IMG/VR virus record: IMGVR_UViG_3300050343_000003
Coordinates: 1-57,109 of that record
DNA: 57,109 nucleotides
Strand: one strand, 5' to 3'
Source of the DNA: a virus
Taxonomy: Duplodnaviria > Caudoviricetes
Shown piece after piece: positions 48,243 to 57,109 of the stretch; the first letter of the stretch is position 1; every line of letters begins with the position of its first letter. The notes beneath the pieces are model-generated. The model saw only the letters and a list, made by a program, of their open reading frames with translations. It had not been told where the DNA came from and did no database searches. Position numbers and translations under genes: made by a program.

Positions 48243-48932
48243 ATGGCATACGACTTTCTTGGCTTAGTTAATGACATTAACCACAGACTAAATGAGGTAG
48301 CTCTTACCTCTACAAACTTTGCAGCAGCTACTGGTTACTACAGTATAGCTAAAGATGCTGTCAACTCTGCAGTAAGACATATCAATCAAGAAGAATTTGA
48401 GTGGCCTTGGAACCATGTACAGTCTGACCTTGTATTAGCTGCAGGTTCTATGAAGTACTACTATCCTGTAGATGCTAAAACAATTAACATGAACTCGTTT
48501 CGTATAAAGAGAGATGATAGCCTCAACACAGGAACAGTAAAACTAAAGTCACTAGTATATGAAGAATGGTTGGAGAAGTACGCTGATGATGAGTTTAATA
48601 CAGATACAAGTATACGTGGTGTTCCTCAATTTATTGTACGTACACCTAGTAGGGAGTTAATCTGTCACCCTGTACCTGACAAAGCTTACACCATAGTTTA
48701 TGAATACTACTCAATGGGTTATGATTTAGAGAACCCTTTAGATGTACCCTCCCTACCACAGCAGTATAGGTTTGCCATAGTAGACGGTGCTATGTACTAC
48801 GCATTCCAGTTTAGGGGAGACACCCAAGCTGCTGATGTAGCACTACAAAAGTTTGAGAAGCAGATAAAAGACTTACGTGTAATAAATATAAATAGAACAC
48901 CATACCTAAGAGATACAAGAGTTAGCTTCTAA
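48243..48932 (+). CDS. Tail adaptor / tubular protein A-like
   Basis: LVN....RLNEV...WPW...P.PDKAY...IVDGA; position before nozzle. Confidence 0.7.
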   Translation: MAYDFLGLVNDINHRLNEVALTSTNFAAATGYYSIAKDAVNSAVRHINQEEFEWPWNHVQSDLVLAAGSMKYYYPVDAKTINMNSFRIKRDDSLNTGTVKLKSLVYEEWLEKYADDEFNTDTSIRGVPQFIVRTPSRELICHPVPDKAYTIVYEYYSMGYDLENPLDVPSLPQQYRFAIVDGAMYYAFQFRGDTQAADVALQKFEKQIKDLRVININRTPYLRDTRVSF

Positions 48933-51460
48933 TGGCAACACAATGGACTACATTCCCTATGGAGTTCAAAGGTGGGTTAATCTCCAACCTTACTCCACTA
49001 CAACAGGGTACTAATGCTGTAGGTTCAGCTACTATCTTACAGAACTTTGAGTCTGATAGAGAGGGCGGTTACAGTAAGCTGAAGGGCTATGACAAGTTTA
49101 GTACTACTAAAGTTCCAGGCGGTGGTGAAGTATTAGCTATGAAGGTTGTATCTTCTGGTAGAGTTGTAACAGCTAGGAAGATGGACACTGCTACTGTAAC
49201 TGAATACCAGACAGCTACATCTACTGTTAATGGTGCAGTATCTAGTGCTACAGCAGTATCCCTTGATAACAACACAGCTACAGCCGTAGTAAATGGTGCT
49301 GTCACTACCAACGCTACAGTAGCCTTAGATAGAATACGTACCTTTACAGCAGTAACAGGTAGCTCTTCTTTAGCTGGTGCAAGTGCTACATTTAATGTAA
49401 CAAATACAAATGGTACGTATACAGCAGCCATAAATGCAGCAGGTACAGGCTTCAAGGTTAACGAGACAGTAACAGTAGTAGGTGCAAACTTAGGTGGTGC
49501 TACTTCAGCAAACAACGCAACCGTTACAGTTACCTCTGTTGGTTCTAGTGCTGCTACATACACTAACCCAGCGCAGTCTGCTTATAGTGGTTCTGGTAGT
49601 AGTGCTACATTCAATGTAATTAAAACAGGTACTACCTATACCGTAGCTATTACTGCAGCAGGTTCAGGTTATACAGCTAGTGAAACAATTACTATTGTTG
49701 GTGCAGCTTTGAACGGAGCCACTACAGCTAACAATGCAACTATTACAATAACTGGAGTAGATGGATCAGGTGGTGTAACAGCAGCTACCATAGCAGGTAC
49801 AGGTTTAGCAGAAGGTCCAATAACAGGTGTTAGCATTGCTGGTACTGGTGTAACCTTTGCTGGAACTATTACTAAGGGCATGGTTGTAACAGGTACTGGC
49901 ATTACAGGGGAAGTAACAGTAAAGACAGTAACAAATCAGAATAGTATTATACTAGACACAGCCGTATCCATAGCTGATAATGTTGTACTTAGTTTTATTA
50001 CTAACATAAAGGCTGGTATGTTTGTTACAGGTGCAGGTATATCTGGTGATGTAAAAGTAGCATCATTAACAAATCAAAACAGTATTGTACTTGACTCAGC
50101 ACAATCTATAGCTAACAATACTGTTCTTACTTTTGGTACGTTTTCTTCTAGTCAAGTTGATAAAACATTATACTTTCATGGTACAGGAACTACTTGGACA
50201 CAAATAGGTATAAGCTCTTCTACAAATACACTAAAAAATAGGTATGCATCTTTTAACTTTACACAAGAAGACAAAACAATATTTGTTGATAGTAAAAGTT
50301 ATCCAGTTATATTTAATGCCAGTGGAAGTACTATAACAGCTTTAACCTCATCAAACAGTTCAGACGTACAGGGCGCAGAGAATGTTGTTGTATTCAAGAA
50401 TCATGCTTTCTACTCTAAGGGCAGCAAGATATTCTTTACAGCACCTAACACAGTAGATGACTTTGCTACAGGTAATGGTGCTGGTACAATAAATGTAGGC
50501 TTTGATGTTACAGGTATGATAGGCTTTCGTGAACAGCTTATTATCTTTACTACAGACACAATCAAGAAGCTCGTAGGTAATACTTCATCTGACTTTAAGT
50601 TAGAACCTATTACAGATAGAATAGGTTGTATCAACCCAGACAGCATACAGGAATTTGGCGGTGACATAGCTTACCTATCTCCTGATGGTATACGTTTACT
50701 TAGTGCCACTGACCGTATTGGTGACCTTGCTCTTGACATTGCATCTGATCCAATTTATAAAGACGCTAATGAGTTTATATCACAGACAGATGTGTTCTGT
50801 TCTGTATTAGTTAGAGGTAAATCCCAGTATAGACTATTTGCATATATACCTTCTGTACAGGCAGGTAGTGCAGCAGGTCTAATAGCTACTAAATTTGTGG
50901 CTCAAGGTGGTAGCGGTATAGCTTGGTCAACGACAAAAGGACTAAAGGTAAACGTAGCAGATAGTACATACTCAGGCGCACAAGAAACTATTATGTTTGC
51001 TAATGATGATGGTTTCTGTTACAGGATGGATTCAGGTAATTCCTTTGATGGTAGTGCTATTGAGTCAATATATGAATCACCATTTATGCCAATTACAGAT
51101 CCACAGATACGTAAAACAATGTATAAGCTAACTTTGTATGCACAGCCAACAGGTACAATGAATGTAGATGTAAATTTTAAGATAGACTTTGATGCAGGTA
51201 ACGATCCAAGTGTTATACAACCTCCCACTATATCCGTGTCTTCTTCAGCAGCAGGTGGTGGTATAAGTTTATTTGGTGCATCTACTTCGTTGTATGGTGG
51301 TTCAAGTGTTACTTATGGTGGTGTACTAGATCAAATATATAAAGAAAACTTAGTAGGGTCATTTAAAACAATAGCAATGAGGCTCACAGATAACTCAACA
51401 AATCCAACCTTTACTCTTGACACAGCAGTGCTTGAGTATAGACAACATGATAGGCAGTAA
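48932..51460 (+). CDS. Tail nozzle / tubular protein B-like with ~310-aa inserted repeat stalk
   Basis: FKGGL...NFE...GGY N-term; FREQLIIF, IGC...SIQE.GGD..YLSPDG.R propeller motifs. Confidence 0.75.
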   Translation: MATQWTTFPMEFKGGLISNLTPLQQGTNAVGSATILQNFESDREGGYSKLKGYDKFSTTKVPGGGEVLAMKVVSSGRVVTARKMDTATVTEYQTATSTVNGAVSSATAVSLDNNTATAVVNGAVTTNATVALDRIRTFTAVTGSSSLAGASATFNVTNTNGTYTAAINAAGTGFKVNETVTVVGANLGGATSANNATVTVTSVGSSAATYTNPAQSAYSGSGSSATFNVIKTGTTYTVAITAAGSGYTASETITIVGAALNGATTANNATITITGVDGSGGVTAATIAGTGLAEGPITGVSIAGTGVTFAGTITKGMVVTGTGITGEVTVKTVTNQNSIILDTAVSIADNVVLSFITNIKAGMFVTGAGISGDVKVASLTNQNSIVLDSAQSIANNTVLTFGTFSSSQVDKTLYFHGTGTTWTQIGISSSTNTLKNRYASFNFTQEDKTIFVDSKSYPVIFNASGSTITALTSSNSSDVQGAENVVVFKNHAFYSKGSKIFFTAPNTVDDFATGNGAGTINVGFDVTGMIGFREQLIIFTTDTIKKLVGNTSSDFKLEPITDRIGCINPDSIQEFGGDIAYLSPDGIRLLSATDRIGDLALDIASDPIYKDANEFISQTDVFCSVLVRGKSQYRLFAYIPSVQAGSAAGLIATKFVAQGGSGIAWSTTKGLKVNVADSTYSGAQETIMFANDDGFCYRMDSGNSFDGSAIESIYESPFMPITDPQIRKTMYKLTLYAQPTGTMNVDVNFKIDFDAGNDPSVIQPPTISVSSSAAGGGISLFGASTSLYGGSSVTYGGVLDQIYKENLVGSFKTIAMRLTDNSTNPTFTLDTAVLEYRQHDRQ

Positions 51461-51462
51461 CA

Positions 51463-52335
51463 ATGGCAGGTTATACAAGACAAGCAGCAGCTAATATTAC
51501 TACAGGAAGTGTTATTGACGCTGCTGATTTCAACGATGAGTACAATCAGGTACAGTCAGCATTCAATGCTAGTACTGGTCACACACATGATGGTACAGCA
51601 GCAGAGGGCGCACCTATTGAAAAGGTGGGGCCATCACAGGACTTAGTTGTTACAGCATCTCAGGTTAGGCCTAAGACAACTAACACATTAGACTTAGGTA
51701 CATCAGCACTACAGTATAAAGATGGCTTCTTTGACGGCACAGTAAAAACAGATACACTTACCGTAGACGAGAATGCTACGATAGCAGGTAACCTTACAGT
51801 AAGTGGTAGTCTAAGTTTAGGTGGCGGTGGACTAACTACAAGTGCCGTAGCAGAAGGTTCTAACTTATACTTTACCAACGCCCGTGCTAGAGCAGCACTA
51901 GGTGGAGGTACTGGTATATCCTACAACAATAGCTCTGGTGTTATCACTTGTACTATTGATACTCCTGCAGAGGTAGGTCTAGGTAACTTATCAAGTAGTG
52001 GTAATAGTTTATCGGGGAGCTTTACAGCAACAGGTAACATCACAGCTTACTCAGATGAAAGACTAAAAGAAAACGTAGAAACTATTGAAGGTGCGCTAGA
52101 TAAAGTATCACAGATGCGTGGTGTAACTTATAACTACAAGAGCGCGTTAAATGATGGTCAGCGTGGCACAGGTGTTATAGCTCAAGAGATGCAACAAGTT
52201 ATGCCAGAGGTTGTAGAAGAGGGTGAGTATCTATCTGTAGCATATGGTAACATAGTAGGTGTACTTATAGAAGCTGTAAAAGAATTAAAAGAAGAACTAA
52301 ATAAGTGTAAGTGTAAAAAGTGTGAGTGTGAATAA
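51463..52335 (+). CDS. Tail fibre with C-terminal intramolecular chaperone (peptidase S74)
   Basis: MAGYTRQ...GHTHDG; YSDERLKENV...GVIAQE...Y..IVGVLIEAVKEL. Confidence 0.85.
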   Translation: MAGYTRQAAANITTGSVIDAADFNDEYNQVQSAFNASTGHTHDGTAAEGAPIEKVGPSQDLVVTASQVRPKTTNTLDLGTSALQYKDGFFDGTVKTDTLTVDENATIAGNLTVSGSLSLGGGGLTTSAVAEGSNLYFTNARARAALGGGTGISYNNSSGVITCTIDTPAEVGLGNLSSSGNSLSGSFTATGNITAYSDERLKENVETIEGALDKVSQMRGVTYNYKSALNDGQRGTGVIAQEMQQVMPEVVEEGEYLSVAYGNIVGVLIEAVKELKEELNKCKCKKCECE

Positions 52336-53150
52336 TGCCCTTACCAAGTAGTGGTGCTATAACTTTAAATCAAATACACGTTGAAGCTGGTGGCTCTAGT
52401 GGTTCTCAAGCGTCTTTGAATGATGCTGATATTCGTGCTATGATTGGTAAGAGTTCGGGCGCATCAAACGCTTTCAGTGAATATTATGGAGTCTCTGCAT
52501 CTACACCTAGTGTTAGTTATAGAGGCAGAGTTTCCACAACAGGTAATGGTTTTCCTAATGGCTATGTCAACCTTAGTTCTGGTACAAAAGTTGTTGTTGT
52601 TTGTTTACAGTCAGCAGGGTATGGTAATACATACATAAGCTTAGGTAGTTCATCTATGACACTTGCTGCAAAGATGGATGCTATTGGTACGGCTTCTGGA
52701 GTATGGAATGTAGCTTATACATCTGCAGTATATTATCTAACTTCATCTGCATCAGGATCAGTATACGTTACTGGTAACGGTGGTACAGGTAGATCAAGTG
52801 CAACTATATATGAAATAACGGGTTATAATAGTGCTACTCCTTACACAACCGACACAGCACAACAAACTAATGCAGACCTCACAGCAGATATCACGGTTGC
52901 AAGTCAGTATAATGGTCTAACAATAGGCTCTGTAATTTGTGAAGATAGTTTCTCTGCTAGTGGTATAACAATAACTAATGCTGACACTATCCATCAACAA
53001 CACTTAGAAAGTGCTTCAGCCCACACTAGTTGGTATGATTCACAAACACCTTCAGGAAATAGAACATACACTATCACCCAAACTAATCCTGGAAATAACG
53101 TTTATGCGGGTTCAACTCTCTTTCAAATGGCAAGTGCCTCATGGAAATAA
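52335..53150 (+). CDS. Fibre-tip / adhesin-like protein
   Basis: MPLPSSGAITLNQI...FSEYYG N-module following an S74 fibre; variable beta-rich C-terminus. Confidence 0.65.
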   Translation: MPLPSSGAITLNQIHVEAGGSSGSQASLNDADIRAMIGKSSGASNAFSEYYGVSASTPSVSYRGRVSTTGNGFPNGYVNLSSGTKVVVVCLQSAGYGNTYISLGSSSMTLAAKMDAIGTASGVWNVAYTSAVYYLTSSASGSVYVTGNGGTGRSSATIYEITGYNSATPYTTDTAQQTNADLTADITVASQYNGLTIGSVICEDSFSASGITITNADTIHQQHLESASAHTSWYDSQTPSGNRTYTITQTNPGNNVYAGSTLFQMASASWK

Positions 53151-53386
53151 CAGAAGAAAAACTAGAAGCTATGCTAGATCGTGCAGCAAAGCGTGGGGCT
53201 AAAGCAGCACTGCGTGAGGTAGGATTACATGATGATGATGCTCGTAAAGACATAACTGAGATGCGTAACTTACTAGAAGCATGGCGTGATACACGTAAAG
53301 GTGTATGGTCTACTATGGTTAAGATGTCAACGGTAGCAATAATAACATTCATTGCCGCATCATTGTGGATGCAAATAGGGAAATAA
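53141..53386 (+). CDS. DUF6127-like membrane protein
   Basis: LDRAAKRGA..AL..VGL.D..A..DI.E.R.LLEAWR plus C-terminal TM. Confidence 0.65.
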   Translation: MEITEEKLEAMLDRAAKRGAKAALREVGLHDDDARKDITEMRNLLEAWRDTRKGVWSTMVKMSTVAIITFIAASLWMQIGK

Positions 53387-53390
53387 TAAT

Positions 53391-55547
53391 ATGGCTAAAA
53401 AATTTATGGGTTTCAAGCCTGAGACAATGACAAACAAGATACTACCAGCGTTGGGCTATAGTGGACCTAGTGATCAAAAGTCTATCAATGCTTTCCTAGC
53501 AGCTAGTCCTGCAGCAGCAGCCAAGATGGGTAAGTACACTATGGCAGCTAGGCAGATGGTTGAGGGTAAAGTTGTTAATGCCTATAGGGGAAACTATTCT
53601 GCAGCAGATGCGGCACGTGATATGTCAAGTATGGGTATCCAAAATTTATCAGGGAAAGCTGCACCAATTCCTGCTAGAAAAGGTGGTACTGCAGCACAAC
53701 AAGCAGCCCATAGAGCTTTGTCTGTATCAAACCACCAGAAGTTTTTAGCTCAACAAGCTAAAGATAGCGACAGTAGAAACGATTCAAGACGAGTACAAGC
53801 CTCTCCTGTAATTAACCCTAATCCTGTTACCGTTCCCGGCGCTGGAACCACTGTTACAAACCCAGATGGTTCAACCACTACTACAAACCCTGACGGTTCA
53901 ACCACTACTAAATTTCCAGGTCCAACTGGTACACAAATGCCAAGTGGGTCACTACTATCAAAACAGATAGGAGATGACCCAAATGCTATGGTAACTAGAG
54001 CAGGAGTTGTAGCAGCAGATGGTGGACCAAACGCACTCATAGCAGGTGGTACTGGTCAGGCAGGTACAGCAGCACAAGCAGGTGTAACAACAGCAGCAGG
54101 GGCTGCAACAGCAGAAGAAATTGCTGCTATGTCACCAGCACAGTATCAAGCTTACCAATCACAGCAAGCACTACAATCAGCCTTACAGAATTACTTAGCA
54201 GCACAAGGGCAGGTTGGTCCTGACTCTATTGTAGATCCTGCACAAATGGACCCTTTTACAGCAGCAGCACTACAGCTACAGGCTGCACAGATAGGAGCGC
54301 CACAAACAGTACAAGCTCCTAATCCTTTACAGGTATCACAGGATCAGCTAGTGTCTGGCTCTACTGTAGATCAAACAAGAGTTGATTCTACTATAGCAAA
54401 GAACCAAGCTGCATCTGTAAAGACAGAGCTAGACACTTTGATGCAGGACTTCCAAGGTGGTAACACACCCTCATGGGCTGCAGGAGCTATGCGTAATGCA
54501 TCAGCAGCAATGGCTGCACGTGGGTTGTCAGCTTCTAGTATGGCAGGTATGGCTATTGTACAGGCAGGTATGGAAGCAGCACTACCTATCGCACAGATAG
54601 ATGCATCCAACAAACAAGAAGTAGCTTTGTTAAACGCTGAACAACGTGCAAGCTTTTTAGGTATGGAGTTTGACCAAGAGTTCCAAGCCAAGGTAAAGAA
54701 TGCAGCACGTATATCAGAGATAGCTAACATAAACTTTACAGCAGAACAGCAGATAGCGTTAGAGAATGCTAGGATGGCACAGACTGTAGACTTAGCTAAC
54801 CTAGATGCTAGGCAGGGTAAAGTTTTAGCTGATGCAGCTACACTTTCACAGATAGATCTAGCTAACCTGAACAACAGGCAGCAAGCTAACGTACAGAATG
54901 CTAAGTCATTCTTACAGATGGATCTAACTAATCTAAGTAATGAGCAGCAGATGCAAGTTCTTAAAGCGCAGGAAACTGCTCAAGCTATACTCAGTGATGG
55001 TGCTGCAATAAATGCTTCAAGACAGTTCAATGCTTCATCCCAGAACCAAACAGATCAATTCTTTGCAGGACTAGGTTCACAGGTACAGAGGTTTAACGCA
55101 GAGCAGATCAACGCTATCAACCGTTTCAATGCAGGTGAGACTAATGCAGTATCACAGTTCAACACTGCACAAACTAATGCACGTGACCAGTTCAATGCAC
55201 AGAACCATCTTGTAGTTGCACAAGCTAACGCAGCATGGGCGCAAGCTATTACTACAGCAGCCAACGCAGCAGCTAACCAAGCTAACAGAGATGCAGCACT
55301 AGTAGCTAACAATCTTACATCCACAATGTATAATAATGCTATACAACGTGAGCGTGATCTGTTAGCATGGGCATGGCAGTCTGGCGAAAGCGAGAGAGAC
55401 AGAATAACAAAAATACTAGAGGCAGAGATAGATGCAAATGGTGAATCACAATCACTGCTTGAGACTTCTGCTGGTAATTTTGTTGGTGAGCTTGTCACAG
55501 GTGCAGCCTCTTATATCATCGGTAAGTATCTACCATTCCCTAAGTAA
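53391..55547 (+). CDS. Putative internal virion protein
   Basis: 718 aa, Ala/Gln/Asn-rich with QFNA and NL.N.QQ repeats. Confidence 0.7.
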   Translation: MAKKFMGFKPETMTNKILPALGYSGPSDQKSINAFLAASPAAAAKMGKYTMAARQMVEGKVVNAYRGNYSAADAARDMSSMGIQNLSGKAAPIPARKGGTAAQQAAHRALSVSNHQKFLAQQAKDSDSRNDSRRVQASPVINPNPVTVPGAGTTVTNPDGSTTTTNPDGSTTTKFPGPTGTQMPSGSLLSKQIGDDPNAMVTRAGVVAADGGPNALIAGGTGQAGTAAQAGVTTAAGAATAEEIAAMSPAQYQAYQSQQALQSALQNYLAAQGQVGPDSIVDPAQMDPFTAAALQLQAAQIGAPQTVQAPNPLQVSQDQLVSGSTVDQTRVDSTIAKNQAASVKTELDTLMQDFQGGNTPSWAAGAMRNASAAMAARGLSASSMAGMAIVQAGMEAALPIAQIDASNKQEVALLNAEQRASFLGMEFDQEFQAKVKNAARISEIANINFTAEQQIALENARMAQTVDLANLDARQGKVLADAATLSQIDLANLNNRQQANVQNAKSFLQMDLTNLSNEQQMQVLKAQETAQAILSDGAAINASRQFNASSQNQTDQFFAGLGSQVQRFNAEQINAINRFNAGETNAVSQFNTAQTNARDQFNAQNHLVVAQANAAWAQAITTAANAAANQANRDAALVANNLTSTMYNNAIQRERDLLAWAWQSGESERDRITKILEAEIDANGESQSLLETSAGNFVGELVTGAASYIIGKYLPFPK
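53856..53909 (+). repeat. 27-bp tandem duplication (TNPDGSTTT x2)
   Basis: ACAAACCC[AT]GA[TC]GGTTCAACCACTACT twice. Confidence 0.85.
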
Positions 55548-55557
55548 AGGTATAACA

Positions 55558-57109
55558 ATGTACGATCCTAAGTTTACACAAAAACAAATGTATGACCAGT
55601 ACGGTAGCTCTCGTGAGACTACTAAGAATGTTACTAAATCAACAAGAAGCAGTGGGTACAGTGGTAATAATCCTAATGAAGATGCTGCAGTAACAAGAGG
55701 CATAGGGGCAAAGCCTCCTAGTTTTGGTGGTGGACAGGACAACAATCCAAACAGGGATGAGTATGAAAACAAACCTACTGTAGCTAAAGTATATGAAAAG
55801 ACTGTAGATCTATTCAAGTCCTTTGGAGCTAAAGAACCAGAAGCTTTGATAGTTGATGGCAAGAGAGTATATCAAGGGCCACTGTTTAGTGGGTATGATC
55901 CTACTGTACGCATAGGACCGTTTGGTGGGGATGCTGGTAAGAAGCAGTATCGTTTTGGTATGCCCTTCCTTGGGGAAGTATCACCAAGCTACCCATCTCC
56001 TACGTTACCATCTGGTGATAACAACCCTGCTCTAAATATGTTTGGTGTAAGACGTGGCTTTACACGTGGAACAGATATGCCAGATCTATCTGTATCACCA
56101 GAAGCACCAGCCAACATGGACCCTATGACTAGGGTATTGTCACAAGCAATGCTTCCACAAGCCTCTCCCGAAATGGTAGACTATACAGTTGGATCACTTA
56201 GAGATAAAGAAAACCTTATGACAATAGTAGAGGATCTGAATAAAAGAGGTGTTGATGTTACACTTGAAGAGGTAGCAAAAGCAAATAACCTTCCTGTTAA
56301 CGCTGACGGAACACCTACTAATCCCTTTGTTGAAAACGGTGAAGTAATAAAAATACCTACAACAAGAAAGCCTACTGTACCTACTGAGTTCATGGACAAC
56401 GCAACTAAAGCTATGCTGCGTGATGCAACACCGATTAAAGCTAACTTTATAACAGAAAGTCTAAGTTCTTTAACAGGTAAACTATCCAGCGCTACTAAAG
56501 ACCTTGCCAAGGAAACTAAAGATTTAGTAAATTCATATACTACTTCTACTACTAAAGGATTAGCAACAAAAGATACAAGTACTTATAAGGTAGAACGTGG
56601 CGATACCATGTACGACATTGCTAAAAGGCAAGGTGTGACTTTAGATAAACTAATGGAAGCTAACCCTGATGTAGATGCAGATAAGATAGGTGTTGGTCAA
56701 GTAATTAGTATACCAAGAGGAGGTGAGTTAAATAATTTACCTTCTGATGTACAAGCAGAAGTTGCAACAGCTATTAATAATGGTGATGTAAAAAATGAAG
56801 AAGATCTCACCCTAGCTCTTTATGATGCTTCAACTTTTAAAGGTATACCACCTATTAGACAAGGTGAGAATCTTATAGAGTATCTTGCTAGAAGTGGTAT
56901 GATAGGTGTTGATGAAGCTGATCCACAGTTTATTGAAGCTTTCAAAGAATTTGGTACTGGATCAAATCCTAAAACTAGAGCTTGGTGTGCTAACCTATTA
57001 GGAAACTTGATAAGGAAATCAGGCGGTTCATTACCTTTTGATAATAAACCACAAAGTGAACAAAATGCCTATATGGAAGGTTCTCAAAACTTTGAACGCC
57101 TTGGTAAAA
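55558..57109 (+). CDS. N-terminal part of LysM/CHAP peptidoglycan hydrolase (wraps to 1..422; 657 aa total)
   Basis: Open from ATG 55558 to window end; LysM YKVERGDTMYDIAKRQGVTLDKLMEANP...GQVISIP; CHAP AWCAN. Confidence 0.85.
   Translation, partial: MYDPKFTQKQMYDQYGSSRETTKNVTKSTRSSGYSGNNPNEDAAVTRGIGAKPPSFGGGQDNNPNRDEYENKPTVAKVYEKTVDLFKSFGAKEPEALIVDGKRVYQGPLFSGYDPTVRIGPFGGDAGKKQYRFGMPFLGEVSPSYPSPTLPSGDNNPALNMFGVRRGFTRGTDMPDLSVSPEAPANMDPMTRVLSQAMLPQASPEMVDYTVGSLRDKENLMTIVEDLNKRGVDVTLEEVAKANNLPVNADGTPTNPFVENGEVIKIPTTRKPTVPTEFMDNATKAMLRDATPIKANFITESLSSLTGKLSSATKDLAKETKDLVNSYTTSTTKGLATKDTSTYKVERGDTMYDIAKRQGVTLDKLMEANPDVDADKIGVGQVISIPRGGELNNLPSDVQAEVATAINNGDVKNEEDLTLALYDASTFKGIPPIRQGENLIEYLARSGMIGVDEADPQFIEAFKEFGTGSNPKTRAWCANLLGNLIRKSGGSLPFDNKPQSEQNAYMEGSQNFERLGK

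Larger units (their letters stand above)
1..57109. mobile_element. Complete or near-complete HMO-2011-type podovirus genome, circularly permuted
   Basis: Full replication and morphogenesis gene set; PolA with two CxxCxxxG motifs; integrase-primase-helicase-PolA order; no RNAP; ends join in frame. Confidence 0.88.

Overview
The window appears to be a complete, circularly permuted ~57 kb genome of a marine HMO-2011-type podovirus, probably infecting an alphaproteobacterium (host is inference). The last and first bases join in frame inside a LysM/CHAP hydrolase gene. One arm (minus strand, ~23.2 kb down to 6.4 kb) carries early genes, a C5-methyltransferase-like gene, tyrosine integrase, primase, DnaB-like helicase, a family A DNA polymerase with the DnaJ-type zinc-finger insert typical of HMO-2011-like phages, exonuclease, T7 endonuclease I-like nuclease, DUF3310, MazG and a class II (B12) ribonucleotide reductase. 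The other arm (plus strand, ~24 kb round to 6.4 kb) carries an envelope-targeted cassette, small basic proteins, terminase, portal, scaffold, capsid, a long tail-fibre region and internal virion proteins. No RNA polymerase, tRNA, rRNA or CRISPR array was seen. Several replication-arm genes have single-base frameshifts or scrambled micro-duplications that most likely are sequencing or consensus errors. Best leads: (1) a [FYM]-x-x-G-G motif that punctuates a modular 1119-aa protein and recurs in small head-region proteins; (2) four copies of a TTGACA-N16-TA[TCA]AACT promoter-like motif; (3) a tail protein with two cupredoxin-like H...CxxH...M sites; (4) nested domain insertions in the nozzle protein; (5) an unannotated DUF1127 gene; (6) a candidate Acb2/Tad1-like anti-defence protein; (7) an overlapping four-gene envelope cassette. 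All family assignments come from motif recognition by eye, not database searches.
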